A DNA stretch of 64,000 nucleotides from Vicugna vicugna. Lineage: Eukaryota. Shown here piece after piece: positions 61,404 through 64,000 of this stretch. The stretch is from assembly GCA_013265495.1 (NCBI GenBank), contig MU058718.1, forward strand, positions 1,426,001-1,490,000, given 5' to 3'. Every line of letters begins with the position of its first letter. Positions within the stretch are counted from its first letter, which is position 1. The notes below the pieces were generated by a model, which saw only the letters and a list, made by a program, of their open reading frames with translations, was not told where the DNA came from and did no database searches. The position numbers and the translations under genes were made by a program.

Positions 61404-64000
61404 AATTGTTTTTGGAGGAAAAAGATAGGAAAGAGGGAAATTAGAATAGCATAGATAGAATAGAAAGGTGACTTTTTAAACTCAAGTATTCATTAAATAG
61501 AAAATTAAAACACAGATCTAACAATTGTGAAGATTGTCTCTGTCTTAGCACTGCTGTATTTTTTAGCATGTGGTAGTTGTTCAGTAAATATATGAACCAA
61601 GAATGAGTGGATGGTCACTCTTGTATTCTCAGAAGTCTTCCCCAGAGCTAGCAGTACCTTTTTCTGTAGTCCTATCACAATTTTCACATGTATTAATTGA
61701 CATAAGACAAAGTAACAAATTTTTTCCAAAATGCTTATGAATTATTCATTACCCTGCCAACTAATAATGTTTCTGCAAATTTGCTTCCATAGGCATGCAT
61801 CTTTCACATAACTAACATCAGAGGGTGCATAAATTTGAAGTCATATTCTTTTATTGTATCAGGGTAGAGGCGTGTGGTAGGCATTCCATCAACATTTGTG
61901 AATGATAGCTTTCATAATTGTAGATTTCATGATTATTTTAGGACTGCATAATATTCCTTCAAGTTAATGTATCCCAGCTTTCAAAACATGATGCATAACG
62001 TTTGACATATTGGTGGTTTCTCTTTTTTTTAACTCTTACCAAAAAAAAAAAAATACTACAGTGAACATCTTTGTTAATGTATATTTGTGGGTCGGTTGAG
62101 TGACATTTCTTTGAAATTCATTGGAGTGGATTGACCGGAACAAAGGGTATGAACATTTTTATGGTTCTTGTTACATACTGCTGATTTTTCTTTCTAGTTC
62201 CAAAATTCTAGGATTCTTAGAGAATCTTACATTCTCAAATGGCTGCAGCAAAGACTAGAAGCAGCCAGCTACTGGTGCCACCACAGTCCTTGAAAATGGC
62301 AAGACAGACATTCCCACATTCTTTTCTTTCATGGATGATTATAGCAAAATGGAAACCTTGTGCTGGAAATTGGCTTAGAGCATCCAGTGGATGAAATATC
62401 ATGTTACACAAGTGACTAGAGACTAGTTGGATAAACAAGATAAACTCAGAGTTACATTCTTTCCCAGAATCTAAGAGTAGCACTTTAAAGCATGGATTCA
62501 CAATTCTGTTTCTAGCCTATTTTTAAAATATCAAAGAGAAGGACCAGATGACACAAAGAATTAATATCCTAGACTTTCAAATCTGGAGACATAGGTTCAA
62601 ATTCTCCCTGGTCGAAAGTAAATATGAGTATTCTGGCTTCTTGGAGAATCCCTCGTGGATATTTCATTCACCCCCAAATATGACAGTTTGACAGGATGAT
62701 CCCAGCATCTTCCTTTTCATCGTGACCTGAGGGCCAAGAGCTCAGATGAGGTGAGGCAGGTGCCATATATAACAGAGCTGAGGGAAGAGTCAGCCTTGCC
62801 TCCGACTCCCCTCTGCCCATTTCTCTTGGGATTCCTATCTACTTTTCAACATTTCCCCTTCAAGAGGCATGGAGTTACACAGCTGTTGTTTAAGAGAGTC
62901 AGGAAATACAGAAGGAGGAGCTCTGGCTCGTTGACTGACTTAGTGATGGAGAAATCAAAAGCCATCAAAGTACAGCTGCAGAATCCATCGGCCCAGCCAG
63001 GGTCCTGTTGCAGTCCAGCCAAGTGGATCTAATAGAGGTACTCCCCCAACCAGTGTCCCTCAGTAACACACACCTCTAGCCCCTGTGTAAGTCTGTTTCT
63101 GAGACCACATCACAGAAACTCTGCAATGTCATTAACGTTCTTTGGCCCAATTGCCGTCTCATCTGTGAAGTCTTCCTGCCATGTCAGGGTTCCATACCCC
63201 TTTTCTGTCCTCTCATGATGTCCCTTTCCCCATCACAGCACTGCTCTCACTGGTTATCCCCTGTACTTGTTTGTTTCCCCCACGGGAACAGAGAATGTGC
63301 CTACCCAGTTTGCCTATGTATCCCCCTAGTACCTGGCAGAGAACAGGCTCATCTCTAGATGCATCCTTTGACTCATGTCTTTTTGAGCATCCCTCTAGAT
63401 CACCCTGGAAATCACCTGAGACTTCTTTGTGAGAAGAAGAGTGGTGTGGAAGAGACTCCCCTGATGGGAGCGATGGGGGCATTGTCTCTGGCTCCCTGCC
63501 AGCTGGGCACCTCAGCTCGAGGGAACGGGATTTTTCCCAGAAATACCATGCAGTCCTCATGTGAGAAGAGAGTGGTGTAATGAAAGAAAGTGACAAGTGA
63601 TCCTTCCCAAAGAGACAAGGGAATGGAAGGAGAAGCAAATGGAGCAACCTGTATTTAAGCAACATCATTGTGTGACCCAGAATAGTACCATTTCAGGACC
63701 TTTTCATCAAAAAAACCGACTATGTGTATACACCCTTACTTTATATATGCTTTTCTTTCCAGTGAAGTTGGGTTTTCAACTTAAAGTGTTTTTAAACAGG
63801 CTTTTAACCAGACAGAAGGAGCGCATTTTTCACGTGTTTCTCGCCTGACAGTTTCCCCGGGGATCCCTGAGTGAAGAGAGCCTGGCTGATCCTAGACTTT
63901 CTAAATAGGTGGGCTGTGCACTTACCTCTGACACAGATGCCCTGCTTTATTTGAGTTCAGCTGTAACCAACTATGAGCATATGTTTAGAAAAATATGTCT

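Noticed and set aside
63213..63668. Longest ORF in the track (151 aa)
   Set aside because: No recognisable domain; overlapping ORFs on both strands indicate a GC-richer, stop-poor patch rather than coding sequence.

Overview
AT-rich, CpG-depleted mammalian DNA, most likely camelid: two copies of a tRNA-Ala-derived SINE resemble Vic-1, and I saw no Alu, Bov-tA/BovB or PRE-1. I cannot support any protein-coding gene, RNA gene or CRISPR array. The ORFs with recognisable homology are LINE-1 or LTR remnants; the rest look like chance ORFs. A large part of the window is transposon debris: L1 of several ages, L2, MIR, CR1/L3, MaLR and ERVL LTRs, a decayed ERVL pol split by a nested L1 stack, and hAT/Tigger MITEs. 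Repeat family names come from recalled consensus sequences, and boundaries are approximate unless a TSD or TIR is cited. I found no convincing new biological system. The best leads are: a switch in L1/SINE orientation near 30-33 kb that fits convergent non-coding transcription; several mostly non-coding exon candidates; local AT-to-GC substitution bursts that resemble gene-conversion scars; a perfect 19-bp hairpin; an unexplained ~430-bp insert splitting an L2; and repeat-poor, homeodomain/POU-motif-rich islands.
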